From the IMG/VR virus record IMGVR_UViG_3300035228_000987, positions 908 through 64,907 of that record: 64,000 bases of DNA, one strand, 5' to 3'. Shown here one piece after another: positions 54,646-63,927 of the stretch. The stretch is from a virus. Lineage: Duplodnaviria; Caudoviricetes. The stretch's first letter is position 1; each line of letters begins with the position of its first letter. A model generated the notes under the pieces. It searched no databases. It had not been told where the DNA came from and worked only from the letters and a program-made list of their open reading frames with translations. The translations under genes and the position numbers were made by a program.

Positions 54646-56316
54646 ATGTCTAGATTATTTGGTTTTTCAATTGAGGGGGAGGAAACTCCCCAAAAAAATA
54701 TTCAATCCCCCGTTCCGCAAAATGATGCGGACGGGGTTGATTATTATGCATCATCTGGCGCTGGATTTTATGGATCGTATTTAGATCTAGAAGGAATATA
54801 TAAAAACGAGAATGATCTCATTAAGAGATATAGGGAGATGGCACTTCACCCTGAAGTTGATAGTGCTATTGAAGATGTAGTTAACGAGGCTATTGTATCA
54901 GATACAAATGATAGTCCCGTTCAGATAGAGTTATCAAATTTAAATGCTAGTGATGGTATAAAGAAAATTATTCGTGGAGAGTTCAAGTATATTCTTGAAA
55001 TGCTTGACTTTGATAATAAAGCGCATGAGATATATCGCAATTGGTATGTTGATGGTAGACTGTTTTACCATAAAATTATTGATGTAAAGAAACCAGAAGA
55101 AGGTATTAAAGAACTCAGATACATTGATGCGTCAAAGATGCGTTATGTAAGAAAAATGAAAAAGGGAGCAGAGATAAAGTCCAATACCCCAACTTTAATG
55201 GCAAGTCAACCAGATTCTCCATTAAAGTATGATTTTCCTGGAATTGAAGAGTTCTTTATCTACACACCAACACCTTCAAACTCTGGAGGAAATTCTTTGA
55301 GTTTTGGTGGAGCTCCACAAAAGAGTATTACTATAACTAAAGATTCAATTACATATTGCACCTCAGGACTGGTAGACAGAAATAAGGGACTGGTTCTTTC
55401 TTATCTTCACAAGGCAATCAAGGCACTCAATCAACTCAGAATGATTGAAGATAGTCTTGTCATCTATAGATTGTCTCGTGCTCCTGAGCGTAGAATTTTC
55501 TACATTGATGTTGGCAATCTACCCAAGGTAAAAGCAGAACAATATCTGCGTGACGTTATGATGCGTTATCGTAACAAGCAAGTTTACGATGCAAATACTG
55601 GCGAAATGCGCGATGACAAGAAGTTCATGTCCATGATGGAAGATTTTTGGTTGCCACGTAGAGAAGGTGGACGTGGAACTGAAATTTCTACACTACCTGG
55701 AGGACAAAATCTTGGAGAAATTACCGATATTGAATATTTCAAAAAGAAATTATACAAGTCACTAAACATTCCACCTTCAAGAATGGAGTCTGACGGTGGA
55801 TTTAATCTTGGAAGATCCTCAGAAATTCTTAGAGATGAAGTAAAATTCAGTAAGTTTGTTGGACGTTTGAGAAAAAGATTTTCACAAGTGTTCAATGACA
55901 TCTTAAGATCACAACTTATTCTTAAAAATATTGTAACCCCAGAAGACTGGGATGCAATGGTTGAGCATATTCAATATGACTTCCTTTACGATAATCATTT
56001 CTCGGAACTAAAAGAAGCAGAACTTGTAACAGAAAGATTAAATCTTGTGGCAACTGCAGAGCCATATATCGGTAAGTATTATTCACAAGATTATGTTCGT
56101 CGTAAGATTCTACGTCAAACTGACGTAGAGATTATTGAACAGGATGAGTTAATTGAGAAAGAAATCTCTGAGGGCATAATCCCAGATCCAAATGCACCAA
56201 TGCCTATGGATGGTGGTGAGATGGGAGACTTAGGGCAACCAGTTTTAGAACCTGAAATTGATGGTTCTGCAACTGAAGCACCAGAGATTAAATTGCCTAA
56301 AGGTGGTGAGATATAA
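54646..56316 (+). CDS. gp20: Portal protein gp20
   Basis: YRLSRAPERRIFYIDVGNLPK and EDFWLPRREGGRGTEI motifs. Confidence 0.98.
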   Translation: MSRLFGFSIEGEETPQKNIQSPVPQNDADGVDYYASSGAGFYGSYLDLEGIYKNENDLIKRYREMALHPEVDSAIEDVVNEAIVSDTNDSPVQIELSNLNASDGIKKIIRGEFKYILEMLDFDNKAHEIYRNWYVDGRLFYHKIIDVKKPEEGIKELRYIDASKMRYVRKMKKGAEIKSNTPTLMASQPDSPLKYDFPGIEEFFIYTPTPSNSGGNSLSFGGAPQKSITITKDSITYCTSGLVDRNKGLVLSYLHKAIKALNQLRMIEDSLVIYRLSRAPERRIFYIDVGNLPKVKAEQYLRDVMMRYRNKQVYDANTGEMRDDKKFMSMMEDFWLPRREGGRGTEISTLPGGQNLGEITDIEYFKKKLYKSLNIPPSRMESDGGFNLGRSSEILRDEVKFSKFVGRLRKRFSQVFNDILRSQLILKNIVTPEDWDAMVEHIQYDFLYDNHFSELKEAELVTERLNLVATAEPYIGKYYSQDYVRRKILRQTDVEIIEQDELIEKEISEGIIPDPNAPMPMDGGEMGDLGQPVLEPEIDGSATEAPEIKLPKGGEI

Positions 56317-56319
56317 ATA
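56312..56319 (+). promoter_or_regulatory. Late promoter overlapping the g20 stop
   Basis: Exact TATAAATA containing the TAA stop. Confidence 0.75.
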
Positions 56320-56342
56320 GACACGATCACTTAATTTTTAAT

Positions 56343-56507
56343 ATGGAAAATTTAATGAATTTAATTTACTCTGATGAGAGTCCATCTCAGGTAAGTGACG
56401 AGATTAAAGATATTTTGTTTGCAAAGTCTGCAGATAAAATTCAAAATATGAAATCTGGCATTGCATCTAAGATGTTTAATCTTGATGACGAAACTGAGGA
56501 TTCATAA
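56343..56507 (+). CDS. Small prohead core-like protein (gp67 position), 54 aa
   Basis: MENLMNLIYSDESPSQVSDEIKDILFAKSADKI...; syntenic between g20 and g21. Confidence 0.7.
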   Translation: MENLMNLIYSDESPSQVSDEIKDILFAKSADKIQNMKSGIASKMFNLDDETEDS

Positions 56508-56533
56508 ATAAAATATATGGATATCTTAAGAAT

Positions 56534-56788
56534 ATGAAAGTACTAGGCACTTCAACAGCACTTGCAACCGGAACAACCAAATTTATAACATCAACAGCAG
56601 TTTGGGTAAACAATACCAATACTTCTGCTGGAGATGTCACTGTTCGTAATTCTGATGATGATGCAAATGTAGGAACTATTAGTATTCCACCTAATACTGG
56701 AATTGTAATTCATCTTGAAGTTGGTCAAGGATTGAGGGGTGCATCAACCATGAAGGGAACTCAGGTTGACAATTCCGCAGGAAGATAA
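56534..56788 (+). CDS. Small beta-rich head-region protein
   Basis: 84-aa ORF after late-promoter-like CATAAATA, upstream of g21. Confidence 0.7.
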   Translation: MKVLGTSTALATGTTKFITSTAVWVNNTNTSAGDVTVRNSDDDANVGTISIPPNTGIVIHLEVGQGLRGASTMKGTQVDNSAGR

Positions 56789-56816
56789 AAATCCAAAAAA
56801 TTAATCAATCAGTAAA

Positions 56817-57470
56817 ATGAAACTAATCAGAGAAGAGATCGAAGACGTAAAAGTGTTTATTACCGAAGGTAAAAACGGTAAGAGATCACTTTTTATTGAA
56901 GGTGTATTCCTTCAAGGAAACATCAAGAACCGTAATGGTCGGATGTATCCGATGGAGACTCTTCGTAGAGAAGTTGGAAGATATAATGAAGGTTATATTA
57001 ATGCTGGAAGAGCTCTTGGAGAACTTGGTCATCCAGATGGTCCGACTGTAAACTTAGATCGCGTTTCTCATAAAATTGTATCACTTAGAGAAAGTGGTTC
57101 AAACTTTATTGGAAAGGCAAAAATTCTTTCTACGCCAATGGGTAAGATTGCAGAATCATTACTCTCTGAGGGAGTGAAACTCGGAGTTTCCTCAAGAGGA
57201 ATTGGTTCTCTTACACAAAATAAAGAAGGTGTAAATATTGTAGCTGATGACTTTATGTTGGCAACTGCTGCCGACATTGTAGCAGATCCTTCTGCACCTG
57301 ATGCATTTGTTGAAGGAATCATGGAAGGAAAGGAATGGGTATGGGAAGGTGGTATCCTTCGCGAAAAACGTGCTGCTGCAATGAAAAATGTTATAAATAC
57401 CCTAGTAGATCAAAAGATGCTTGAAGAGAAAAAAATAGAATTGTTTAATAATTTTCTAGCAAATCTTTAA
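56817..57470 (+). CDS. gp21: Prohead protease gp21
   Basis: NRNGRMYP, ALGELGHP, GVSSRG.GS and DIVADPSAPDAFV motifs. Confidence 0.97.
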   Translation: MKLIREEIEDVKVFITEGKNGKRSLFIEGVFLQGNIKNRNGRMYPMETLRREVGRYNEGYINAGRALGELGHPDGPTVNLDRVSHKIVSLRESGSNFIGKAKILSTPMGKIAESLLSEGVKLGVSSRGIGSLTQNKEGVNIVADDFMLATAADIVADPSAPDAFVEGIMEGKEWVWEGGILREKRAAAMKNVINTLVDQKMLEEKKIELFNNFLANL

Positions 57471-57472
57471 TT

Positions 57473-57480
57473 TATAAATA
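57473..57480 (+). promoter_or_regulatory. Late promoter for g22-g23
   Basis: Exact TATAAATA. Confidence 0.8.
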
Positions 57481-57515
57481 AATATAGTTAAAAACGGAAA
57501 AAACGGAGAGTTCAA

Positions 57516-58631
57516 ATGTCTGGTGACAACCTACAAGAAATGGAGACGGCAGTGGGCACACAATCCAAAACCGCTGTTAATTCTGGAGCAAAATCTGCCG
57601 ACCCAATGCCTAAGATGGCAGATCCTGGCACCCAGTTAGCAAGCGTTGAGGATCTTGGTGGTCCTACTCCGGAAAATTACAAACCTGATGATGATTCTGC
57701 AAAGTTAAGAGAACCTTCTCTTAAGACTGTTGCTGATATTGTCAAGAAAGGATCTAAACCTGCAGATTCAATGCCTAAGATGGCGAAAGAAGAATCTGAG
57801 GTAGAAGAAGAAGTAATTGAAGAGTCGCCAGAAATCACCGAAGAAGAAGTAGTAGAAGAGAGCGCCGAAAAAGTACTCGAAGTTACTGATGAGGTTGACG
57901 TTGAAGAAGACGTTAATGCTCTTCTTGGAGGAGAAGAACTCTCCGAAGAGTTTAGGGAAAAAGCAAAGACCATCTTTGAAGCTGCTTTGAAAACAAAAGT
58001 AGTTGAAATCAAAGAAGCTCTTGAAGCGCAGTATGAAGCGAAACTTCAAGAGGGTCTTGATGAAGCAAAGTCTGAATTGACTGAGCGTGTTGATTCCTAT
58101 CTGGAGTATGTTTCCGGAGAGTGGGTCTCCGAGAATAAACTTGCCATTGAAAATGGCATTAAAACTGAGATGACCGAATCATTCCTTTCTGGAATGAGAG
58201 GACTTTTTGAAGAACATTATGTAACAATCCCTGAAGAGAAATATGATGTACTTCATAGCATGGTAGAAAAACTTGACGAGATGGAAACAAAACTCAACGA
58301 GCAAATTAATAAGAACATTTCACTCAACAAGCGTCTTGCAGAGTCGGTTGCTGATAGTATCTTTGATCACGTTTCTGAGGGTCTCGCAACTACTCAGAAA
58401 GAGAAGCTCGCTTCACTTGTAGAAAGTGTTGAGTTTGAAAGTGAAACTGCATATCGTGAAAAACTGAAGACGCTAAGGGAATCATATTTTCCTACTAGAA
58501 CAGCGACTTCAACAGTAGCAAAGACTGAAACTCTATCTGAGGGTGTAGAATCAGTTTCTGAGGAACCTTCATATACCGCAGACATGGCTTCATACATGAG
58601 AGCATTACAGTCTGTTGCTAAAAATAACTGA
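57516..58631 (+). CDS. gp22: Prohead scaffold protein gp22
   Basis: EDLGGPTPENY, ELSEEFREKAKTIFEAA and KLKTLRESYF motifs. Confidence 0.95.
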   Translation: MSGDNLQEMETAVGTQSKTAVNSGAKSADPMPKMADPGTQLASVEDLGGPTPENYKPDDDSAKLREPSLKTVADIVKKGSKPADSMPKMAKEESEVEEEVIEESPEITEEEVVEESAEKVLEVTDEVDVEEDVNALLGGEELSEEFREKAKTIFEAALKTKVVEIKEALEAQYEAKLQEGLDEAKSELTERVDSYLEYVSGEWVSENKLAIENGIKTEMTESFLSGMRGLFEEHYVTIPEEKYDVLHSMVEKLDEMETKLNEQINKNISLNKRLAESVADSIFDHVSEGLATTQKEKLASLVESVEFESETAYREKLKTLRESYFPTRTATSTVAKTETLSEGVESVSEEPSYTADMASYMRALQSVAKNN

Positions 58632-58670
58632 AAATTAAAATTAACAAACTAAACATTTACGGAGAAAGCA

Positions 58671-60083
58671 ATGTTCAATTCCGAACAATTGCAGGAAAAG
58701 TGGGCACCTCTTCTAGACTATCAAGGCCTCGATGGCATCAAAGATTCTCATAGAAGAGCAGTAACCGCTCAACTGCTAGAAAACCAAGAAAGATTCCTCA
58801 AAGAGCAATCTGCATTTGATCACGGTTCCATGAGAAACCTCATGGAAACCCCAACCAACAGTGGAAACGCTGCTGGTGCCTCCGGAGGATTCGGCGCTGA
58901 TTCAGCAGCTGCAGGTCCTACCGCAGGTTTCGATCCAGTTCTGATCTCACTGATCAGACGCTCAATGCCTAACCTGGTCGCTTATGACCTCGCAGGCGTT
59001 CAACCAATGAACGGTCCTACCGGACTAATCTTCGCAATGCGTTCCCGCTATACCAATCAGAGCGGAACGGAAGCATTCTTTGATGAAGCAGATACTGCAT
59101 TCTCAGGACAGGATGCAGGATTTGACGAGACAGCAGGTTTCTCTGATGTCACTGCTGGTATGGGTACTACCGCTCAGTCGGGAAGCAACCCATCCGCACT
59201 CAACCCTGTTGGATCAGCAAACTCAACCGGCTATGATGTCGGTCAGGGTATGGTCACTGGTGATTCTGAAAACCTCAGCGGAACCGGTAATGATGCCTTC
59301 AACCAGATGGCATTCTCAATTGAGAAAGTCACTGTAACCGCTAAGTCCAGAGCACTCAAAGCTGAGTACTCATTGGAACTGGCACAAGACCTTAAGGCAA
59401 TCCATGGTCTGAACGCTGAAGCGGAACTCGCAAACATTCTCTCCACAGAGATTCTTGCTGAAATCAACCGCGAAGTTATCAGAACCATCTACAAGGTTGC
59501 TGAGCAAGGTGCTACCACCAATACTGCAACTGCTGGTCAGTTTGACCTTGACATTGACTCAAATGGACGTTGGTCCGTTGAGAAGTTCAAGGGTCTAATC
59601 TTCCAGATTGAGCGCGATGCTAACGCAATCGCACAAAGAACTCGTAGAGGAAAGGGCAACATCATCATGTGCTCTGCAGACGTTGCTTCTGCACTGACCA
59701 TGGCTGGTGTACTTGACTACACCCCTGCACTCAACGCTAACCTTAACGTTGACGACACCGGCAACACTTTCGCTGGTACTCTTAACGGTAAGTACAGAGT
59801 TTACATTGATCCCTATTCTGCAAACTCTGCTGCTAACCAGTACTACGTTGTTGGTTATAAGGGTTCTTCACCTTATGACGCAGGTATCTTCTACTGCCCA
59901 TATGTACCCCTCCAGATGGTACGTGCAGTTGGTGAGAACTCCTTCCAGCCCAAAATCGGATTTAAGACGCGCTACGGCATCGTTGCAAACCCATTCGCTG
60001 AAGGACAATCTCAAGGACTTGGACGCCTTCGCGTCAACCAGAACCGCTACTACAGACGTGTTCTTGTCAAGAACCTCATGTGA
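58671..60083 (+). CDS. gp23: Major capsid protein gp23
   Basis: GVQPMNGPTGLIFAMR, KSRALKAEYSLELAQDLKAIHGL and FQPKIGFKTRYG motifs. Confidence 0.99.
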   Translation: MFNSEQLQEKWAPLLDYQGLDGIKDSHRRAVTAQLLENQERFLKEQSAFDHGSMRNLMETPTNSGNAAGASGGFGADSAAAGPTAGFDPVLISLIRRSMPNLVAYDLAGVQPMNGPTGLIFAMRSRYTNQSGTEAFFDEADTAFSGQDAGFDETAGFSDVTAGMGTTAQSGSNPSALNPVGSANSTGYDVGQGMVTGDSENLSGTGNDAFNQMAFSIEKVTVTAKSRALKAEYSLELAQDLKAIHGLNAEAELANILSTEILAEINREVIRTIYKVAEQGATTNTATAGQFDLDIDSNGRWSVEKFKGLIFQIERDANAIAQRTRRGKGNIIMCSADVASALTMAGVLDYTPALNANLNVDDTGNTFAGTLNGKYRVYIDPYSANSAANQYYVVGYKGSSPYDAGIFYCPYVPLQMVRAVGENSFQPKIGFKTRYGIVANPFAEGQSQGLGRLRVNQNRYYRRVLVKNLM

Positions 60084-60123
60084 TAAAGGTTGTTGTGGGG
60101 CAGGATGTCCCACATGCCCATTC

Positions 60124-60151
60124 AGACCTCCCACTCGGGGGGTCTTTTTTT
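60124..60151 (+). terminator. Rho-independent terminator after g23
   Basis: AGACCTCCC-actc-GGGGGGTCT followed by a T run. Confidence 0.85.
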
Positions 60152-60189
60152 ATGTGAGGAAAACCGTAATATGCAAAAATGCGAGGCAG

Positions 60190-60253
60190 TATAAATACTC
60201 AGACGTTACATAGTGTAACGTACTTGACGCGCAACCACATTATGGGTTATAAT
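60190..60253 (+). promoter_or_regulatory. Late promoter, inverted repeat and sigma70-type promoter upstream of OMP gene
   Basis: TATAAATA 60190-60197; ACGTTACA-tag-TGTAACGT 60203-60221; TTGACG (60224-60229), 18 nt, TATAAT (60248-60253). Confidence 0.7.
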
Positions 60254-60331
60254 TCACACAGCGGTCGGACCAAACCGATCCTTCATCTGCGGGTATTCAC
60301 TCCGTAAGTAAATTTAAGAGGTATTTAAAAA

Positions 60332-60703
60332 ATGATCAAATCTGTATTCGCAGCAACTGCTGCTCTGTCTGTCTCTGCTGGATCTGCCCTTGCAGGACCA
60401 TATGTAAATGTAGAAACCAATGCAGGATGGACTGGATCCGAGTACAACGGTGCTGCGACGGATCTTCATCTGGGTTATGATGGCGCACTGGGTGAGCGTG
60501 GTTCATACTATGTCCAGGGCGGTGCTACCCTACTGACCCCTGACGGCGGTGAGACCGATACCGTCCCTTCAGGTAAGGCAGGACTTGGTTTTGAAGTAAC
60601 CGAAGCACTTGGTGCATATGGTGAAGTATCCTTCGTGGGTTCCGGCGACGAAGATCTTGACCGTGGTTACGGAGCAAAATTGGGTGTGAAGTACTCATTC
60701 TGA
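60332..60703 (+). CDS. Small outer-membrane beta-barrel-like protein with signal peptide
   Basis: Sec signal (MIKSVFAATAALSVSAGSALA), amphipathic beta strands, C-terminal GVKYSF with terminal Phe. Confidence 0.8.
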   Translation: MIKSVFAATAALSVSAGSALAGPYVNVETNAGWTGSEYNGAATDLHLGYDGALGERGSYYVQGGATLLTPDGGETDTVPSGKAGLGFEVTEALGAYGEVSFVGSGDEDLDRGYGAKLGVKYSF

Positions 60704-60717
60704 GTTGAATAACATTG

Positions 60718-60739
60718 GGGTCTTCGGACCCTTTTTTTT
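60718..60739 (+). terminator. Rho-independent terminator with UUCG tetraloop
   Basis: GGGTC-TTCG-GACCC followed by T8. Confidence 0.88.
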
Positions 60740-60940
60740 ATGAAAAATTATCTACATAGAATGGTTACAAGCCCTGTAACTCATTTTGTGAGTCTCGCTA
60801 CGGGATTTCTATGTATAATTCAACTTATACATACACATGCTCATTACACAATGTCTGTTGATACAAATTCTTATGTGAGAGCATTTTGTAAGAAAAACTT
60901 TGAAACATGTCAAAGAATATTAAATGATCTAGAGGACTAA
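60740..60940 (+). CDS. Small membrane-associated hypothetical protein
   Basis: 66-aa ORF with hydrophobic segment and HTHAHY..FCKKN motif. Confidence 0.65.
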   Translation: MKNYLHRMVTSPVTHFVSLATGFLCIIQLIHTHAHYTMSVDTNSYVRAFCKKNFETCQRILNDLED

Positions 60941-60955
60941 ATGTCCTCTTTTTTT
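60931..60955 (+). terminator. Rho-independent terminator
   Basis: AGAGGAC-taaat-GTCCTCT followed by a T run. Confidence 0.75.
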
Positions 60956-60973
60956 ATCTAAATAGTTCAAAAA

Positions 60974-61537
60974 ATGGCGACGGCAAGAAACATTAATAAA
61001 GAACAATTGGAGAATAGAAACTACTTATCTGGAGTAAGTTTCAATTTCACAATTAACCGAGCACCATATGTTACGTTTACTGGAAACAAGATTAACATTC
61101 CAGGACTATCATGTGGTTTTGCTGAGCAACCAACATATTTGAGAAACATTCCTATTCCTGGAGACAAACCAGTATTTGAAGATCTTATCTTGAGTTTTCT
61201 AGTTGATGAGGAACTCAAGAACTATATGGAGATTCAGAGATGGATTCGTGGTGTTACCTATCCAGAGAGTTTGCAAGAGATACAAGATTTTCAAAAAGAA
61301 GGTAGTGATTATACTGGATTTACTGATCAAAAAAACCTTTACTCTGATGCAACTCTTGTTGTATTGAATAGTAAGAACTTACCACAATTTCAAGTTAAGT
61401 TCTTAAACGCATTTCCATACAGTCTAGGATCTCTGCAAATGGATGCAACTGTTGAAGACTATGCATACTTTACAAGTGAGGTTTCTTTCAAGTATACTAT
61501 ATACGATATATTTGATATGACTGGCAAAAAATTATGA
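60974..61537 (+). CDS. gp3: Tail tube terminator / completion protein gp3
   Basis: NRNYLS..FNF, IPIPGDK, FLVDEELKNY and FPYSL motifs; synteny g23-g3-uvsY-uvsW. Confidence 0.9.
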   Translation: MATARNINKEQLENRNYLSGVSFNFTINRAPYVTFTGNKINIPGLSCGFAEQPTYLRNIPIPGDKPVFEDLILSFLVDEELKNYMEIQRWIRGVTYPESLQEIQDFQKEGSDYTGFTDQKNLYSDATLVVLNSKNLPQFQVKFLNAFPYSLGSLQMDATVEDYAYFTSEVSFKYTIYDIFDMTGKKL

Positions 61538-61971
61538 CATTTGATCTTGAGAAAATTCAAGATATGTGGAAGAGTGACGCTGTTATTGACCCTGACAATC
61601 TACACGAAGAGTCATTAAAGATACCCTCTTTACATGCAAAGTATTTTGATTACTATAATAATATTCTTCTTTTGAGAAAGAAAGCAGAACAGCAGAGAAA
61701 AAATATTCGTCATGAACGGTATGAGTATTATTCTGGAAAATCAGATCCAGATGTTTATATTCAGAATCCTTTTCCGAAAAAGATTAGAGATAAAGAAACC
61801 ATGACAAAGTATCTTGATGCTGATAATAAACTATCATCATCATCTTTGAAGATTGAATATTATGATGTCATGCTTTCCTATCTTGAGGATATCCTTAAGC
61901 AAATTCATCAAAGAAATTATCAGATAAAAAATGCCATAGACTTCAATAAATTCACTGCTGGACTGGGTTAA
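61534..61971 (+). CDS. uvsY: Recombination mediator UvsY
   Basis: ESLKIPSLHAKY, YEYYSGK and RNYQIKNAIDF motifs. Confidence 0.93.
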   Translation: MTFDLEKIQDMWKSDAVIDPDNLHEESLKIPSLHAKYFDYYNNILLLRKKAEQQRKNIRHERYEYYSGKSDPDVYIQNPFPKKIRDKETMTKYLDADNKLSSSSLKIEYYDVMLSYLEDILKQIHQRNYQIKNAIDFNKFTAGLG

Positions 61972-61999
61972 TAAATATATTCAGGCGTGAGTATATTTG

Positions 62000-63463
62000 A
62001 TGTCTGACTTGATTATTGCAAAGTCAAATGAAGTTTACTTGAAGATTAAAGCAGAACCTCATATTGATTATGAATTACGAGATTATTTTAAATTTGAGGT
62101 AGAGAGTGCAAAATTCATGCCTCAATATAGAAGTAAATATTGGAATGGTGAAATACATCTTTATAATATAAACACCAAACAAATATATGTCGGTCTACTT
62201 GATAGACTTATAAGTTTTTGTAAGAACTCGGGATATACATTTGAGTTTGAAGAAAACAAATATTACGGTCTTCCTTTTGAAATCAATAATATGATTTCAA
62301 AACCGGGAGTCAATGACTATATGAAGTCTATTTGCTCTCACACCCCCAGAGACTATCAGGTTGAGGGTGTATACGATGCGTTAAGACATAACAGAAGATT
62401 GTTAATATCTCCCACTGCATCAGGCAAATCTCTGATGATTTATTCGCTAGTAAGGTACTATACAGCGAAGAAACAAAATACCCTGATAGTTGTTCCGACG
62501 ACATCTCTTGTAGAACAGATGTATAAAGACTTTGAAGATTATGGTTGGAGTGCTGAGTCATATTGTCACAAAATATATTCGGGAAGGGAGCGAGAGAGTG
62601 ATTTGCCAGTTATTATTACGACCTGGCAATCTATCTATAAATTAGAAAGAAAATGGTTTGAGAAATTTAATGTAGTGATTGGTGATGAAGCTCACCTCTT
62701 TAAGAGTAAGTCTCTGATCGCCATTATGACCAAGTTGCACCATGCTAAGTATAGATTTGGGTTCACAGGTACTCTGGACGGCACACAGACGCATAAATGG
62801 GTCTTAGAGGGAGTCTTTGGTCCATCATATAAAATCACAAGAACATCAGAGTTGATGGAGAAAGGTTATGTGTCTAAACTTGATATTACATGTCTGATTC
62901 TAAAACATACTCCACAAAAGTTTGAAACGTATGAAGATGAGATACAATATTTAATATCTCATGATAGAAGGAACAAATTCATAACTAACTTAGCAAAAGA
63001 CTTGAAAGGGAATACTCTGATACTTTTTAGTAGAGTAGCAACTCATGGTGAAGTTTTATTCAACTTACTAAATAATATAGTTGATGTTGATAGAAAAATA
63101 TTTTTCGTTCATGGTGGAGTGAATGCTGAAGAACGAGAAATGGTGAGAGAGATAACCGAGAGAGAAAATAACGCAATCATTGTTGCCTCTTATGGAACTT
63201 TTTCTACAGGTATCAATATTAAAAACCTCCATAATGTTATCTTTGCCTCTCCAAGTAAGTCCAGAATCAGAAATCTTCAAAGCATTGGACGAGTTCTTAG
63301 AAAAGGAAAAGATAAAGTAAAAGCGATGTTATATGATATAGCAGATGATTGTACTAAAAATTCAAGAAAAAACTATACATTGAATCACTTTATTGAGAGA
63401 GTTAAAATATATAATGAAGAAAAATTTAACTATGATATTCTATCCGTTAATGTAAAATCATGA
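62000..63463 (+). CDS. uvsW: SF2 DNA helicase UvsW
   Basis: PRDYQ, SPTASGKS, DEAH, GFTGT, STGINIK and QSIGRVLR motifs; ATG 62000. Confidence 0.97.
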   Translation: MSDLIIAKSNEVYLKIKAEPHIDYELRDYFKFEVESAKFMPQYRSKYWNGEIHLYNINTKQIYVGLLDRLISFCKNSGYTFEFEENKYYGLPFEINNMISKPGVNDYMKSICSHTPRDYQVEGVYDALRHNRRLLISPTASGKSLMIYSLVRYYTAKKQNTLIVVPTTSLVEQMYKDFEDYGWSAESYCHKIYSGRERESDLPVIITTWQSIYKLERKWFEKFNVVIGDEAHLFKSKSLIAIMTKLHHAKYRFGFTGTLDGTQTHKWVLEGVFGPSYKITRTSELMEKGYVSKLDITCLILKHTPQKFETYEDEIQYLISHDRRNKFITNLAKDLKGNTLILFSRVATHGEVLFNLLNNIVDVDRKIFFVHGGVNAEEREMVREITERENNAIIVASYGTFSTGINIKNLHNVIFASPSKSRIRNLQSIGRVLRKGKDKVKAMLYDIADDCTKNSRKNYTLNHFIERVKIYNEEKFNYDILSVNVKS

Positions 63464-63472
63464 GGGACTACT

Positions 63473-63868
63473 ATGATCGAAGATGATTTCTACTCAACAA
63501 TAAAACTTAAGAGTGGTGAAGAAATATTTGCAAAAGTTGCTGCCTCAGAAGAAGACGAGCGCACTATGCTGATATTAGATCATCCAGTAACCATTGAAAG
63601 TGTAGAGAGGAATGGTAATGTAATAGGTTATAAACTAGAACCTTGGATGAAAACTACAACAGAAGATATGTTCATTATCAACTTTGATAATGTTTTAACA
63701 ATGACCGAATCTAATGATATTGAAATTATTCTTTTATATCAAAATTTTGTAGTTCAGTTTGATAAATTAAAGAAAGGAAAGAAACCAAAACTTGATAGAA
63801 AAATGGGATATATCTCTAGTGTCAATGAAGCGAAAGAAATGCTAGAGAAGATATTTAAAGAAAGCTAA
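63473..63868 (+). CDS. Conserved Sm-like-fold hypothetical protein between uvsW and g55
   Basis: TIKLKSGEEIFAKV, EPWMK and MGYISSV motifs; conserved position. Confidence 0.8.
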   Translation: MIEDDFYSTIKLKSGEEIFAKVAASEEDERTMLILDHPVTIESVERNGNVIGYKLEPWMKTTTEDMFIINFDNVLTMTESNDIEIILLYQNFVVQFDKLKKGKKPKLDRKMGYISSVNEAKEMLEKIFKES

Positions 63869-63873
63869 ACCTG

Positions 63874-63898
63874 TCCTATCAACCTTAACAAAGATATT
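63874..63898. repeat. 25-bp dispersed repeat, copy 2 (copy 1 at 47850-47874)
   Basis: TCCTATCAACCTTAACAAAGATATT. Confidence 0.92.
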
Positions 63899-63924
63899 CT
63901 AATTGTAACTATTGGAGTTGTCAA
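63896..63924 (-). promoter_or_regulatory. Minus-strand sigma70 promoter (antisense)
   Basis: Reverse complement reads TTGACA (63924-63919), 17 nt, TAGAAT (63901-63896). Confidence 0.75.
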
Positions 63925-63927
63925 GCC

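Noticed and set aside
57604-57784. 16-bp direct repeat CAATGCCTAAGATGGC in g22
   Set aside because: Reflects a short peptide duplication (MPKMA) in the low-complexity scaffold N-terminus.
60078-60086. Stop-codon readthrough or selenocysteine at the g23 TGA
   Set aside because: TGA is immediately followed by an in-frame TAA.
383-63280. Numerous minus-strand and alternate-frame ORFs in the track (e.g. 3735-4082, 13123-13497, 22610-22984, 52105-52485)
   Set aside because: They lie inside well-supported + strand genes and look like codon-bias shadows with no motifs or starts.
47850-63898. 25-bp repeat as CRISPR repeat or att/mobile-element ends
   Set aside because: Only two copies 16 kb apart; they flank essential core genes; no cas, integrase or transposase nearby; promoter geometry explains them better.
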